Of a DNA stretch of 38,293 nt, positions 8,310 through 16,598 are shown one piece after another. The translations under genes were made by a program, and so were the position numbers. The stretch is from a virus (lineage: Duplodnaviria; Caudoviricetes). The stretch's first letter is position 1. Each line of letters starts with the position of its first letter. Below the pieces are notes generated by a model. That model made no database searches. It was given only the letters and a program-made list of their open reading frames with translations, and had not been told where the DNA came from. Location of the stretch: positions 1 through 38,293 of IMG/VR virus record IMGVR_UViG_3300048850_000084; one strand, given 5' to 3'.

Positions 8310-8390
8310 GTGCGCCAGCTCCTGTTTCCAGCCGCATTGCTCCTGGTTGGCGTCCTGGCGCTGCTCCGGGCGACGGGAGTTTCCCAGTGA
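8310..8390 (+). CDS. Possible 26-aa hydrophobic peptide
   Basis: MRQLLFPAALLLVGVLALLRATGVSQ with GGGAGG RBS; its TGA overlaps ATG 8390. Confidence 0.4.
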   Translation: MRQLLFPAALLLVGVLALLRATGVSQ

Positions 8391-8617
8391 TGGGTGCCTC
8401 GGAAACCCTGCGTCCCGATCGCTGGCCCGACGCCATGGAGCGCTGGCTGCCGAGTGGTCCGGCCGAGCCCGGTACCGCTGCCATGCCGCCGCTGTCCTGC
8501 ATCCGCCGCGGCGCGGTGGCGCCGATGTGCCTTTCGTCTCATGCGACCGATCTGCCTGAGTCCGCATCGGCTCGCACCTGGAACCGATCCACATGCCCGG
8601 GAGCCACCCATGAGTGA
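8390..8617 (+). CDS. Hypothetical protein (frame could start at 8183)
   Basis: Overlap coupling on both sides; no recognisable motif. Confidence 0.3.
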   Translation: MGASETLRPDRWPDAMERWLPSGPAEPGTAAMPPLSCIRRGAVAPMCLSSHATDLPESASARTWNRSTCPGATHE

Positions 8618-9086
8618 CCGCCCTTGCGACAGCGACATGGCGCTCAAGACGCTGGCGCGTGTCCTGATCGAGAAGTCCGGCGGCCTGGAGGCTGCGGCGG
8701 CGTGCTTGCGCGGCCGGGTGGGCCGGTCCCAGCTCGCCAACTACCAGAGCCCGCACCACGACCAGTTCATGCCCGTGGACGTCGCGGCACGCCTGTCCAT
8801 GGTGACGGGGGACGCATGCCTAATCGAGGAGATGGCGAAGCGCATGGGCTTCCGCCTGGTGCCGATCGGCGCCGTCGAGGCGGGCTGCGCGGTCCAGATA
8901 GTCTCGGCCGTGGCGCAGGAGACGAATGAGGCGCTGCAGGCGCTCTCCGCCGGCATGGCGGACGGCATGATCTGCGAGCGCGACCGGGACCGGATCCAGG
9001 GCGAGCTGCTGGACGTGGCGCGCAGGGCAAGCGAGGGCGCGGCCGCGCTGGGCGGCGCGGCGGCCAGGGTGGGCGGCGCGTCATGA
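8610..9086 (+). CDS. CII-like phage regulatory protein
   Basis: Position after cro; FMPVDVAARL...LIEEMAKRMGFRLVP...MADGMICERDR pattern. Confidence 0.7.
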   Translation: MSDRPCDSDMALKTLARVLIEKSGGLEAAAACLRGRVGRSQLANYQSPHHDQFMPVDVAARLSMVTGDACLIEEMAKRMGFRLVPIGAVEAGCAVQIVSAVAQETNEALQALSAGMADGMICERDRDRIQGELLDVARRASEGAAALGGAAARVGGAS

Positions 9087-9307
9087 ATGACTCCACGATG
9101 CGGTCGCACCGGGTGTTTGCCGGCTGCCAGATGGCTGCGCGCGCCATTGCGATGGAAGGTGGGCTCGATCCCGACCTCTACGGCCACACGCTGATGGTGC
9201 CGGCGGCCCGATCTGTTGCCGCGTTCTATCGGGCCTGCGGCAACCCCGAGCATGCCGCCGTCCTCGAAGAGCTGGCGGACTCCTGGGCGGAGCAAGTGAC
9301 CGCATGA
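9083..9307 (+). CDS. Hypothetical phage protein
   Basis: ATGA-coupled 74 aa ORF. Confidence 0.55.
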   Translation: MNDSTMRSHRVFAGCQMAARAIAMEGGLDPDLYGHTLMVPAARSVAAFYRACGNPEHAAVLEELADSWAEQVTA

Positions 9308-9350
9308 GGCGCCCTATTCTTCACCAGTTGCCGAAGATTGGGCGGGCGCC

Positions 9351-9770
9351 ATGACGCCGCGCATGTCCGCTGCCGAGTACCAGACGATGAAACAGCAGGT
9401 GCGCAGCCCCTCGGCCGCATTCCAGGCCAAGGGCCGCCTGCCGGTAGGCACGATGAACAAAACCGAGGAGGCCTTCGCTGCCCACCTCGAGGCACAGCGC
9501 CACGCAGGCGAGGTGCTCTGGTGGAAGTTCGAGGCGATCAAGCTGCGCCTGGCCGACAACACGTTCCTGACGGTGGACTTCGCGGTCCTCCCCGCCAGCG
9601 GCTTCCTCACCATGGTCGATGTGAAGGGCGCTGCCGCCATCTTCACTGAGGATGCACGGGTGAAGATGAAGGTGGCGGCGGACCGCTTCCCCTTCGCCTT
9701 CCAGGTCGTCATCCCGCGCAAGGCCCGGGACGGTGGCGGCTGGGACATTCAGGAGATCGGCCGTGGCTGA
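9351..9770 (+). CDS. PD-(D/E)XK-type nuclease-like protein (DUF1064-like)
   Basis: MNKTEEAFA...WKFEAIKLRLADNTFLTVDFAV...MVDVKG...DARVKMKVAA. Confidence 0.7.
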   Translation: MTPRMSAAEYQTMKQQVRSPSAAFQAKGRLPVGTMNKTEEAFAAHLEAQRHAGEVLWWKFEAIKLRLADNTFLTVDFAVLPASGFLTMVDVKGAAAIFTEDARVKMKVAADRFPFAFQVVIPRKARDGGGWDIQEIGRG

Positions 9771-10029
9771 CGAGCAGGATGTGCCTGAGCCCGACGTCGG
9801 CGGCATAGCGTCTGACCGTCTGCGCTCGATCATCGAGCGTGTCGAGCGGCTGGAGGAGGAGCGCAAGGCTCTCTCCGACGACATCAAGGACATCTTCACG
9901 GAGGCCAAGAGCGCCGGCTTCGAGGTGAAGGTGGTCCGCCAGATTATCAGGATCCGCAAGCAGGAGCCCGCCGAGGTGGAGGAGCAGGAAACGCTCCTGG
10001 ACCTCTACCGCCGGGCTCTCGGGATGTGA
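9763..10029 (+). CDS. gapR: GapR/DUF2312-family DNA-binding protein
   Basis: DRLRSIIERVERLEEERKALSDDIKDIFTEAKSAGFEVKVVRQIIRIRKQ...EEQETLLDLYRRALGM. Confidence 0.92.
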   Translation: MADEQDVPEPDVGGIASDRLRSIIERVERLEEERKALSDDIKDIFTEAKSAGFEVKVVRQIIRIRKQEPAEVEEQETLLDLYRRALGM

Positions 10030-10031
10030 CC

Positions 10032-10913
10032 ATGAGCACAGACGATCCCGCGCCCCTCACCCCTTCGGATTGCGACTTGCGGGGCCTGCCCTTCATGCCG
10101 CTGGATGTCGTGCGGCTGGGGGATAGCGACCTGGTGGCGCTCTCCACCGGGGATGAGTTCAAGGCGGCCGTGCTGCTCTGGGGCAAGGCCTGGTTGCAGG
10201 TGCCCGCCGCCAGCCTGCCCGATGATCCGCGCATCCTGGCGCATCTGTCCGGCTCCGGCTCGCGCTGGTCGAAGGTGGCCGCGGTGGCGCTGCGCGGCTG
10301 GGTGAAGTGCAGCGATGGTCGCCTCTACCACCCCGTCATCGCGGAGAAGGCGCGCGAGGCGTGGTCCTTCCGGCTTCTCCAGCGGGAGCGCAGCAAGCGT
10401 GCCAATGAGAAGCGCTGGGGATCGCGCGGGGATGATGCGCGGGATGCTCACGGGATGCCCGACGCATCCCCAGAGGCATCCCCGCGAGGTCCCCGCAAGC
10501 ATCCCCACGGCGATCCCCATGGGGATGCCCGGCGCGATCCCAAGGGACAGGGACAGGGACAGGGAAAAGAAGAAACCCCCTCGCCCCCTTCGGGGGCTCC
10601 CTCCCCCGGCGGCTCGACGGCGCTCGGCATGCGGTTGCCGGAGGACTGGCAGCCCAGCGAGGCCGATCGGCAGTTCGCGCACAGCCTCGGCCACGATCCT
10701 GACGCGCTGGCGGCCGGCTTCCGGGACTACTGGCGCAGCAAGCCCGGCAAGGACGGCCGCAAGGCCGACTGGTCCGCGACCTGGCGCAACTGGTGCCGCA
10801 GCCAGGACCGCTTCGCCCACCCACGCGGTGGCGGCGCGCCCTCCCCGACCGGCAAGTCAAAGGTGGGCTGGATGAACGACCCAGAGGCATTCGAGAGGAT
10901 GGCCGCCGAATGA
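10032..10913 (+). CDS. DUF1376/YdaU-family replication initiator
   Basis: DCDLRGLPFMPLDV...SLPDDPRILA...GRLYHPVIAE; GQGQGQG linker; C-terminal DWSATWRNWCR. Confidence 0.8.
   Translation: MSTDDPAPLTPSDCDLRGLPFMPLDVVRLGDSDLVALSTGDEFKAAVLLWGKAWLQVPAASLPDDPRILAHLSGSGSRWSKVAAVALRGWVKCSDGRLYHPVIAEKAREAWSFRLLQRERSKRANEKRWGSRGDDARDAHGMPDASPEASPRGPRKHPHGDPHGDARRDPKGQGQGQGKEETPSPPSGAPSPGGSTALGMRLPEDWQPSEADRQFAHSLGHDPDALAAGFRDYWRSKPGKDGRKADWSATWRNWCRSQDRFAHPRGGGAPSPTGKSKVGWMNDPEAFERMAAE
10441..10541. repeat. Iteron-like repeats (putative phage origin)
   Basis: GGGATGC at 10441, 10452 and 10522; its complement GCATCCC at 10464, 10476 and 10499; GATCCC variants; all inside the initiator gene. Confidence 0.6.
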
Positions 10914-11707
10914 ACGCCGTGACCCCGCGCCATGCCGGCGCCGTCTCCCCGACCACCCTGGAGCCCGTCGAGCCGAGGATGAGCCGGGCTCTCGCGGTGG
11001 ACGTGGCGCGCCTCGCCGACCCGGATCCTGCTGCCCAGGCGCTGCGCAGCTTCTCGCCGCGGTCCATCACGCCGGCGCAGCGCCAGGAGGCCGAGTGGGT
11101 CGCCGAGCGCTACCGCAAGATGCTCGATGCTCCGGTCACCCGGGCGCAGCTCGTGGCATGGCTCGGCGCGGTCAACGCAGCATGCCGCAACCCTCAGGAC
11201 GAGGCAGACCTCCGGGTCAGGATCAACGCCATCGGCCAGGACTGCGCGCACCTGCCCGGCGCCTGCTTCACGGTGGAGAGCCGCCACGCCCTCTATGCCG
11301 AGACCCGGTTCTTCCCCTCGGCGGGCGACGTGCTGGCGGTGGTGGAGCCGATCGCTAAGGGCTGGCGGGCGAAGCTGGCTGCGCTGGAGCGCATCGCTAA
11401 CGCGGGCGGTGGCTGCTCCCCTGCCCTCGCCCATGAGCCGCAGCAGGAACAGCGCACCCCGGAGGTGGTAGCGCATGTCGCGGCTCAGCTGCAGGCCTTC
11501 AAGGCGGACGTGGCCGCTAGGCGCAACGACGCGCCGGCCGGCTCTGAGGCGCGCCCCGTCACGCCGCGGCACCTCACGCCAGCGCAGCTTGCGGCCACGC
11601 TCCGCCAGCAGATCGCCAGCGGCAAGGACCCGTTCGGGGTGGCAGCGATGCGGCTTCGCGCGCTCGAGCAGCGGCATGGTGCTGGAACAGCAGGGGGAAC
11701 ACGGTGA
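10910..11707 (+). CDS. Putative replication accessory/helicase-loader-like protein
   Basis: Follows initiator with ATGA overlap; RFFPSAGDV motif. Confidence 0.55.
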   Translation: MNAVTPRHAGAVSPTTLEPVEPRMSRALAVDVARLADPDPAAQALRSFSPRSITPAQRQEAEWVAERYRKMLDAPVTRAQLVAWLGAVNAACRNPQDEADLRVRINAIGQDCAHLPGACFTVESRHALYAETRFFPSAGDVLAVVEPIAKGWRAKLAALERIANAGGGCSPALAHEPQQEQRTPEVVAHVAAQLQAFKADVAARRNDAPAGSEARPVTPRHLTPAQLAATLRQQIASGKDPFGVAAMRLRALEQRHGAGTAGGTR

Positions 11708-12252
11708 GCTACGACAGGAAGGCTCCGGAGCCGCTGAAGGGTGGCACGGAGCTTGGGTTGACACTGGCAGCCGGGACGGTGGCGCAGGGCCGGGCCTATG
11801 TGATGACGGACGAGCTGCGGGATGAGCTCTACATCGGTGCGCTGGCGGCGGATGCGACGGGCCGATTCACCCGGCCGATGGGCAAGCCCGAAGACCGGAA
11901 CCGGCGCATCAACGTCGGCGAGGATTATGGCTGGAACCCTCGGCAGCAGGCAGCGGCACGGCACCTCCGTAATCTCTGGCGCCGGAGCCTGCGCGGCATC
12001 GGCGCGCCCGGCGGATATGGTGATCGCACCCGCGGCGGTGGCGGGGAGATCAGCGACGAAGAGGCGCGGGATGCCACCGAGGCCTTCCGGGAATACTCGG
12101 CAGCTATGGACTGGCTCGGAGCGCGGTGCAGCGCGCGGCACGTCGGCGCCGTGCGCCTGGCCGTGATCCATGAGGACGCGCCCACGCTGGGCCGGTCCTA
12201 CTTGGTGCAAGAGGGGCTGACCGTACTCGCGGATTTATGGAGGCTGCGGTGA
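11704..12252 (+). CDS. Putative late-gene regulator (Q-position, DUF6456-like)
   Basis: Last conserved gene of the early operon; RQQAAARHLRNLW...GLTVLADLW pattern. Confidence 0.55.
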   Translation: MSYDRKAPEPLKGGTELGLTLAAGTVAQGRAYVMTDELRDELYIGALAADATGRFTRPMGKPEDRNRRINVGEDYGWNPRQQAAARHLRNLWRRSLRGIGAPGGYGDRTRGGGGEISDEEARDATEAFREYSAAMDWLGARCSARHVGAVRLAVIHEDAPTLGRSYLVQEGLTVLADLWRLR

Positions 12253-12581
12253 GGGAACCATCTGAAGTAGTCCGTGCATCGCTGGAGTTGAGCAAGGGCG
12301 ACGACAATCCGAACCGTGTCGCAAGGAATGTGCTGCACGACCTTCGGAGCGCCGGCTTCGATATCTGGCATAGCGCTTCGAGTCTGCTGCCAAACGAGAT
12401 CAGCGCCGAGGATCGGCGCGCTCTGATGATCGGCCGCGCAGCTTGCTGGTTGTTAAAGGTCAGACCGCGCTGCCAGATCAGGTATCCCAAGCGGGAGATC
12501 GATTGGGCGTTCTCATCCAGTGCCTCCCTTCCCTCAACGCCTCCCGCTGTTCAGAAATGGTTCGGCACAGGCATGCCTTAG
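12249..12581 (+). CDS. Hypothetical protein
   Basis: GTGA overlap with the previous gene; lower GC. Confidence 0.4.
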   Translation: MREPSEVVRASLELSKGDDNPNRVARNVLHDLRSAGFDIWHSASSLLPNEISAEDRRALMIGRAACWLLKVRPRCQIRYPKREIDWAFSSSASLPSTPPAVQKWFGTGMP

Positions 12582-12693
12582 CTACTTGCCCTGGATTCCT
12601 TCGTGACCGTGCGACAGCCTAACCAAGCGCCGGTCGCCGTGGGACACAAGTTTTCACCTCAGTCAGGTAGCGCGGCACCGAGTAGCTCCAGAA

Positions 12694-12840
12694 TCAGTCC
12701 ACCGCAACGCGCCAACCCAGCATCACCACGGCGCCCGCGACAAAAACCGCAAGGCCAAGTCCCAGATGCGTCCAAGTCAGGGCAACGGCGCCGAGTGCAA
12801 GAAGCGCCGCAACCCACAGGTAGAAAGCGGTGCCAGCCAT
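12694..12840 (-). CDS. Small membrane protein (48 aa, about two TM segments)
   Basis: MAGTAFYLWVAALLALGAVALTWTHLGLGLAVFVAGAVVMLGWRVAVD; AGGAGG RBS; below the ORF-track cutoff. Confidence 0.65.
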   Translation of the reverse strand: MAGTAFYLWVAALLALGAVALTWTHLGLGLAVFVAGAVVMLGWRVAVD

Positions 12841-12843
12841 TTC

Positions 12844-13209
12844 CTACCTCCTTGCAAAGGCTGTTGTACCGTGCAACTCGGCATCTGCTAAGCGCTCAGC
12901 CATAAGCGCTGAGACGCTATGTTGGTCCGGCACACTGTCGCGCGACCAAGTCGGCACGCCGAGCATGAGGAACAGCTTCGCACCCGCATCAGCGATCTCA
13001 GCTGCGGAGGCCGAGTTTGGGGTCCACGTGGTTCCTGCCGCAGGAAGCATGCAGAACTGACTCTGAAGGTCCACGCCCGCCGTCGCGACACGAGTGGAGC
13101 CTCGGTGCAGTTCCCAAGAGACCTTCCATTGCCCTGGACTATCAGCCTTGGGAAAGGAACCCCCAGCGGGTTCGATGTTGTTAGCTAGACGCCACATCAT
13201 CTTACTCAT
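12844..13209 (-). CDS. Hypothetical cargo protein
   Basis: MSKMMWRLANNIEP...; GGAG RBS; directly upstream of the membrane peptide. Confidence 0.55.
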   Translation of the reverse strand: MSKMMWRLANNIEPAGGSFPKADSPGQWKVSWELHRGSTRVATAGVDLQSQFCMLPAAGTTWTPNSASAAEIADAGAKLFLMLGVPTWSRDSVPDQHSVSALMAERLADAELHGTTAFARR

Positions 13210-13269
13210 CGGATGCTCCACGAGCCGGACTTCCGCCAGCTTAGATCTGTAGACGGCGTTGGTCGTTGC

Positions 13270-13725
13270 TCAGTGCTCCTGGAATTCACACACACGGCTC
13301 CAGTGCTCCTCGGCACGGCCCTCGGGGCAGCCCTCCTGCCGCCAAAGCACGTAAGCACGCTGGCGGAAATGTTGCTCGAGCGCGCGCCTCCAGCAATCGC
13401 CGTCCTGACCTACAGGTCGCCCTGCCTCAATCCATAGAAAGTAAGCCCGTTCACGCACAGCCTGCTCAAGGCCGAGCTTCGTCTCCGAACTGCTGCTGAG
13501 CTCATCGCCGTACGGCTGCAGCGGGCCACTCCGGCTAGAATGGGATTTCGCCGTGAACTTCCGGAGTTCCTCATCCGAACCCAGTTCACTGTGTGCCGCG
13601 GCTTCCAGAGCCTTTGCTTCATAGCTCTCATTCGTGGCGGAGGCCTCCGCCCCGCCCAGGGTGACTGGGAAGGTATGTCTCGCCAACCCGTATTCATCGA
13701 GTACGTCGATAAGGCGCTCGGACAT
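13270..13725 (-). CDS. Tandem DUF2934 domain protein
   Basis: VRERAYFLWIEAGRPVGQDGDCW and FRQRAYVLWRQEGCPEGRAEEHW. Confidence 0.85.
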   Translation of the reverse strand: MSERLIDVLDEYGLARHTFPVTLGGAEASATNESYEAKALEAAAHSELGSDEELRKFTAKSHSSRSGPLQPYGDELSSSSETKLGLEQAVRERAYFLWIEAGRPVGQDGDCWRRALEQHFRQRAYVLWRQEGCPEGRAEEHWSRVCEFQEH

Positions 13726-14064
13726 GACTCTGTTCCTCTCATGTTTGGCGGATCAGATGGTCTGCGCACGTCACGTGCTGCTGGCCCAGAACTCGCTGGT
13801 GCCTTGACCACAGATTGCATCTGCGACGATCGAAGGCGATGCATCCTTGATCAGCTTGGAAACTGATCAGCGACGCAGCCACTTTGCACGGCTCGGCCCC
13901 ACCGCTCGTTGCACGCGCTTGCGTGGGAGTCGCAGCAGGAAGAAGACTATAACTAAGTGCTTCGGCTCTATCGCGAATATCTTAGAGCCAAGGGCTTACG
14001 AAGCGGCCACTCACGGCTTTTCCCTGTCAGACAAGGTTCAGGACTTCTAAGCCTGAACTTCAAA

Positions 14065-14274
14065 TCAGAGAGGCTTGCGAGGCGATATCGGCACCGAGCT
14101 CTCATTTCGGGCGAGGTGCTGACGAGGCGCCGCGCTCTGGGCTACCCTCCGTCCCCGCTCGAACTCCCAGCGCACCGGATTCCGAGCTTTGGAGCGGTGC
14201 TCAGCCATGCCCTCGTTCTCGCTGCGCTCCTCCGCAATGCGATCGGCCATCTCGGCCTCATGATCTTGTCCCAT
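14065..14274 (-). CDS. Small charged hypothetical protein
   Basis: MGQDHEAEMADRIAEERSENEGMAEH...; AAAGGAG RBS. Confidence 0.6.
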   Translation of the reverse strand: MGQDHEAEMADRIAEERSENEGMAEHRSKARNPVRWEFERGRRVAQSAAPRQHLARNESSVPISPRKPL

Positions 14275-14716
14275 CACGAATCTCCTTTCGGGCAATCGCC
14301 TGCCTGCATGGATCACGGCGCTGGCCGCTTACCCGCGGTTCGAAATGGAGAGACAATCGGCAGGTGGCCAATGCTCTAGATGGTCATTCGCTACTGCACG
14401 CCACAGTGCGTGGCGGAGCACTCTTCCGTGTCCAGTGCCGGCGCCCGCCAACGCCGTGGGCAAAGTGACAAGGAAGCCGCCATCATCAGCCTCGCTGCCT
14501 AGCCGGCAGCATCGAATCAGATCTCCCGAATCCGCGCGACCCGAATAAGCTCTTGGTATTGCTGGAGCCTCGTGGGCCATTGCGGCGGCCGAGAACCGGA
14601 TTGCTCCCGCGCTGGAGGCAGTTAATGCTGAGGGTTCCTAACATGGGCCGCCCCATTCTCGTCCTGTTCGGCGGGGCGATGGTGCGGTGAGCACTCGCCC
14701 AACCCTGATATTCCGC

Positions 14717-14746
14717 TTGACGAGCCGTCTTCGAAGTAGATAGATC
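14717..14746 (+). promoter_or_regulatory. Putative late promoter (PR'-like)
   Basis: TTGACG (14717-14722) and GATAGATC (14739-14746) resembling an alphaproteobacterial sigma70 promoter. Confidence 0.5.
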
Positions 14747-14776
14747 GCGGTGCCGGGCTAAGTGCGCCCGGAGCCC

Positions 14777-14815
14777 AGCGCCCCGCCGGCACCCGCGCGG
14801 GGCGCTTCTCATTTC
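14777..14815 (+). terminator. Intrinsic terminator-like hairpin (tR'-like)
   Basis: Perfect 10-bp stem AGCGCCCCGC/GCGGGGCGCT followed by TCTCATTTC. Confidence 0.6.
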
Positions 14816-14844
14816 AGCTTCAGCTATTGACGTAGGAGCGGCCA

Positions 14845-15147
14845 GTGAGCGTCCGCGTCGCCGAAGACCGCTCCATAGCGGTTCGGCCCGGTCAGCTCGT
14901 CCGCACTACGTGGGTGGACATCGATCTCTGCCGTCTCGGCAACCGCGCGCAGATGAGCCCCGAAGCCGTCGAGAGGAAGTTCCGCCGCCTGCTCAACCTT
15001 GGTGACTGCGCCCCCTGGCCCCCTGTCGTCGGGCATTGGGAAGGTAAGCGCTTCACCATCTGCGACGGTCGCCACGACTACCTGGCCAGTCTCATGATTG
15101 GCCGAGACAAGATCTTCGTCTGCTGGCTGGAGGAGGCGACATGCTGA
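14845..15147 (+). CDS. ParB/Srx N-terminal-like domain protein
   Basis: PPVVG...RFTICDGRHDYLASLMIG; AGGAG RBS. Confidence 0.65.
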   Translation: MSVRVAEDRSIAVRPGQLVRTTWVDIDLCRLGNRAQMSPEAVERKFRRLLNLGDCAPWPPVVGHWEGKRFTICDGRHDYLASLMIGRDKIFVCWLEEATC

Positions 15148-15800
15148 GCATCTCCGCCACGGCCGACGTCGCCGCTGCGCGCCGCATGCTGGGCAGTGCC
15201 ACGCGGCAGCTGCCTTTCGTCACCGCTATGGCGCTGACGACTGTGGTGAAGCAGGCGCAGGCGGCGGAGAAGCAGGCGCTGCCCTCCGTGTTCGACAAGC
15301 CGACGCCCTTCACGATGCGCGGCATAGCCGTCCAGACTGCGAGTAAGGACAGGCCCACGGCAGCCGTCTATGTGCGCCCGCAGCAGGCAGCGGCAGGCCT
15401 GCTCCTTCAGGAGACGGGCGGCACGAGGACGCCACCGAAGCGGGCGCTGGTGCAGCCCGTGCAGGCCCGGCTCAACCAGTACGGCAACCTGCCCCGCCGC
15501 GGACTGAAGAACCTGCTCGCACGCCCTGACGTGTTCGTCGGGACCGTGAAGGGGATCGGTGGCGTTTGGCAGCGCCCCACGCGCGGCAAGCGCCGCGATG
15601 GCACGTCGGGCACCAAGGGCAACACGACGGCGAAGATGAAGGGGCAGTGGACAGGTCTGACCCTGCTCATCGCCTTTGAGGACGACGCGCAGTACCAGCC
15701 CCGGTTCGGGTTCAAGTCACGCGCCGTGAAGGTCATCAAGGGCGCTATGACGCCAGCCTTCCGCCAGGCGATGGCTCGGGCGCTGAAGACGGCTCGTTGA
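15141..15800 (+). CDS. Phage morphogenesis-associated protein (tail-completion/GPZ-like)
   Basis: QLPFVTAMALT...VFDKPTPFT...LNQYGNLPR; basic; precedes the terminase. Confidence 0.65.
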   Translation: MLSISATADVAAARRMLGSATRQLPFVTAMALTTVVKQAQAAEKQALPSVFDKPTPFTMRGIAVQTASKDRPTAAVYVRPQQAAAGLLLQETGGTRTPPKRALVQPVQARLNQYGNLPRRGLKNLLARPDVFVGTVKGIGGVWQRPTRGKRRDGTSGTKGNTTAKMKGQWTGLTLLIAFEDDAQYQPRFGFKSRAVKVIKGAMTPAFRQAMARALKTAR

Positions 15801-15942
15801 ACCTTCGCTGCACTGCCGAAGTGCGTACAGCCCGTGAAGGGCGCAACAAAATGAATGCTTCAGACGCATACCGAGACCGTCAGGAACCCCAATCCACGCG
15901 CCCGCCGCATGCGCAGTATCATCGTTCGCAACATTGTTTCGC

Positions 15943-16000
15943 GGGTCCTTCCCGGGGACCTTCACGGACGCGGGTATTTCGCACCCCGGCTCTCGCGAGC
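15943..16000. other. Putative cos/packaging region
   Basis: GGGTCCTTCC...GGACC dyad just upstream of the small terminase, the position of lambda cos. Confidence 0.45.
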
Positions 16001-16043
16001 GTCTGACCTGAAAACTACTGGACAACAACATTGAGGTGCCTGG

Positions 16044-16598
16044 ATGAGCGCCGCGCTGGCGGCCGAGCCGCCACCGCGCAAGCGCCGCTCCCGAAAGACT
16101 GAGCCGTCGGCACCGCCAGCGCCTCGCATCGTCAACAAGCGGAACCTCTGCCGCGAGGCAGGGATCTCGCGGACCACGCTGGACGAGTGCCTCGCGCGCG
16201 ATCCGACCTTCCCGGTCGTGAAGCGCGGTGGCGGCAACGGCGACGGATGGCAGTTCAACGCGCAGCTCGCCGTCGCGCGCATCGCCGAGCTGCTGGCGCG
16301 GACCGAGAAGGACCTGTCGCCGAACCAGCGCTTCATGGACCTGCGGGCCCGTGACCTGGAGCGAAAGCAGGCGATCGAGGCGGGCGGCCTCCTCGTCGCG
16401 GATCACATGCGCGCCGCCCTCGCCCGCGGCCTGACTGCCCTGCGGCGAGGGATGACAGGCACGATCCCCGTAAAGGCGGCCGAGAAGCTCGGACTGACGC
16501 GGGAACAGCAGCGGGCCCTGCGGGCGCTGATCGAGGACGAGCTGAGGATCTTCGTGACGGGCTTGGCGCAGACGGGACTACCCGATGCTGACGAATGA
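16044..16598 (+). CDS. Terminase small subunit (Nu1-like)
   Basis: IVNKRNLCREAGISRTTLDE wHTH; FPVVKRGGGNGDGWQF; coiled coil. Confidence 0.8.
   Translation: MSAALAAEPPPRKRRSRKTEPSAPPAPRIVNKRNLCREAGISRTTLDECLARDPTFPVVKRGGGNGDGWQFNAQLAVARIAELLARTEKDLSPNQRFMDLRARDLERKQAIEAGGLLVADHMRAALARGLTALRRGMTGTIPVKAAEKLGLTREQQRALRALIEDELRIFVTGLAQTGLPDADE

Noticed and set aside
12694-12840. Holin
   Set aside because: Wrong strand for late expression and no adjacent endolysin; the lysis cassette probably lies beyond the window
14300-14345. EcfG (general stress sigma) promoter upstream of cargo genes
   Set aside because: GAAC is present but there is no CGTT at the 16-17 nt spacing
15797-16006. 69-aa ORF or HNH before the terminase
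   Set aside because: No HNH motif or RBS; overlaps the putative cos region
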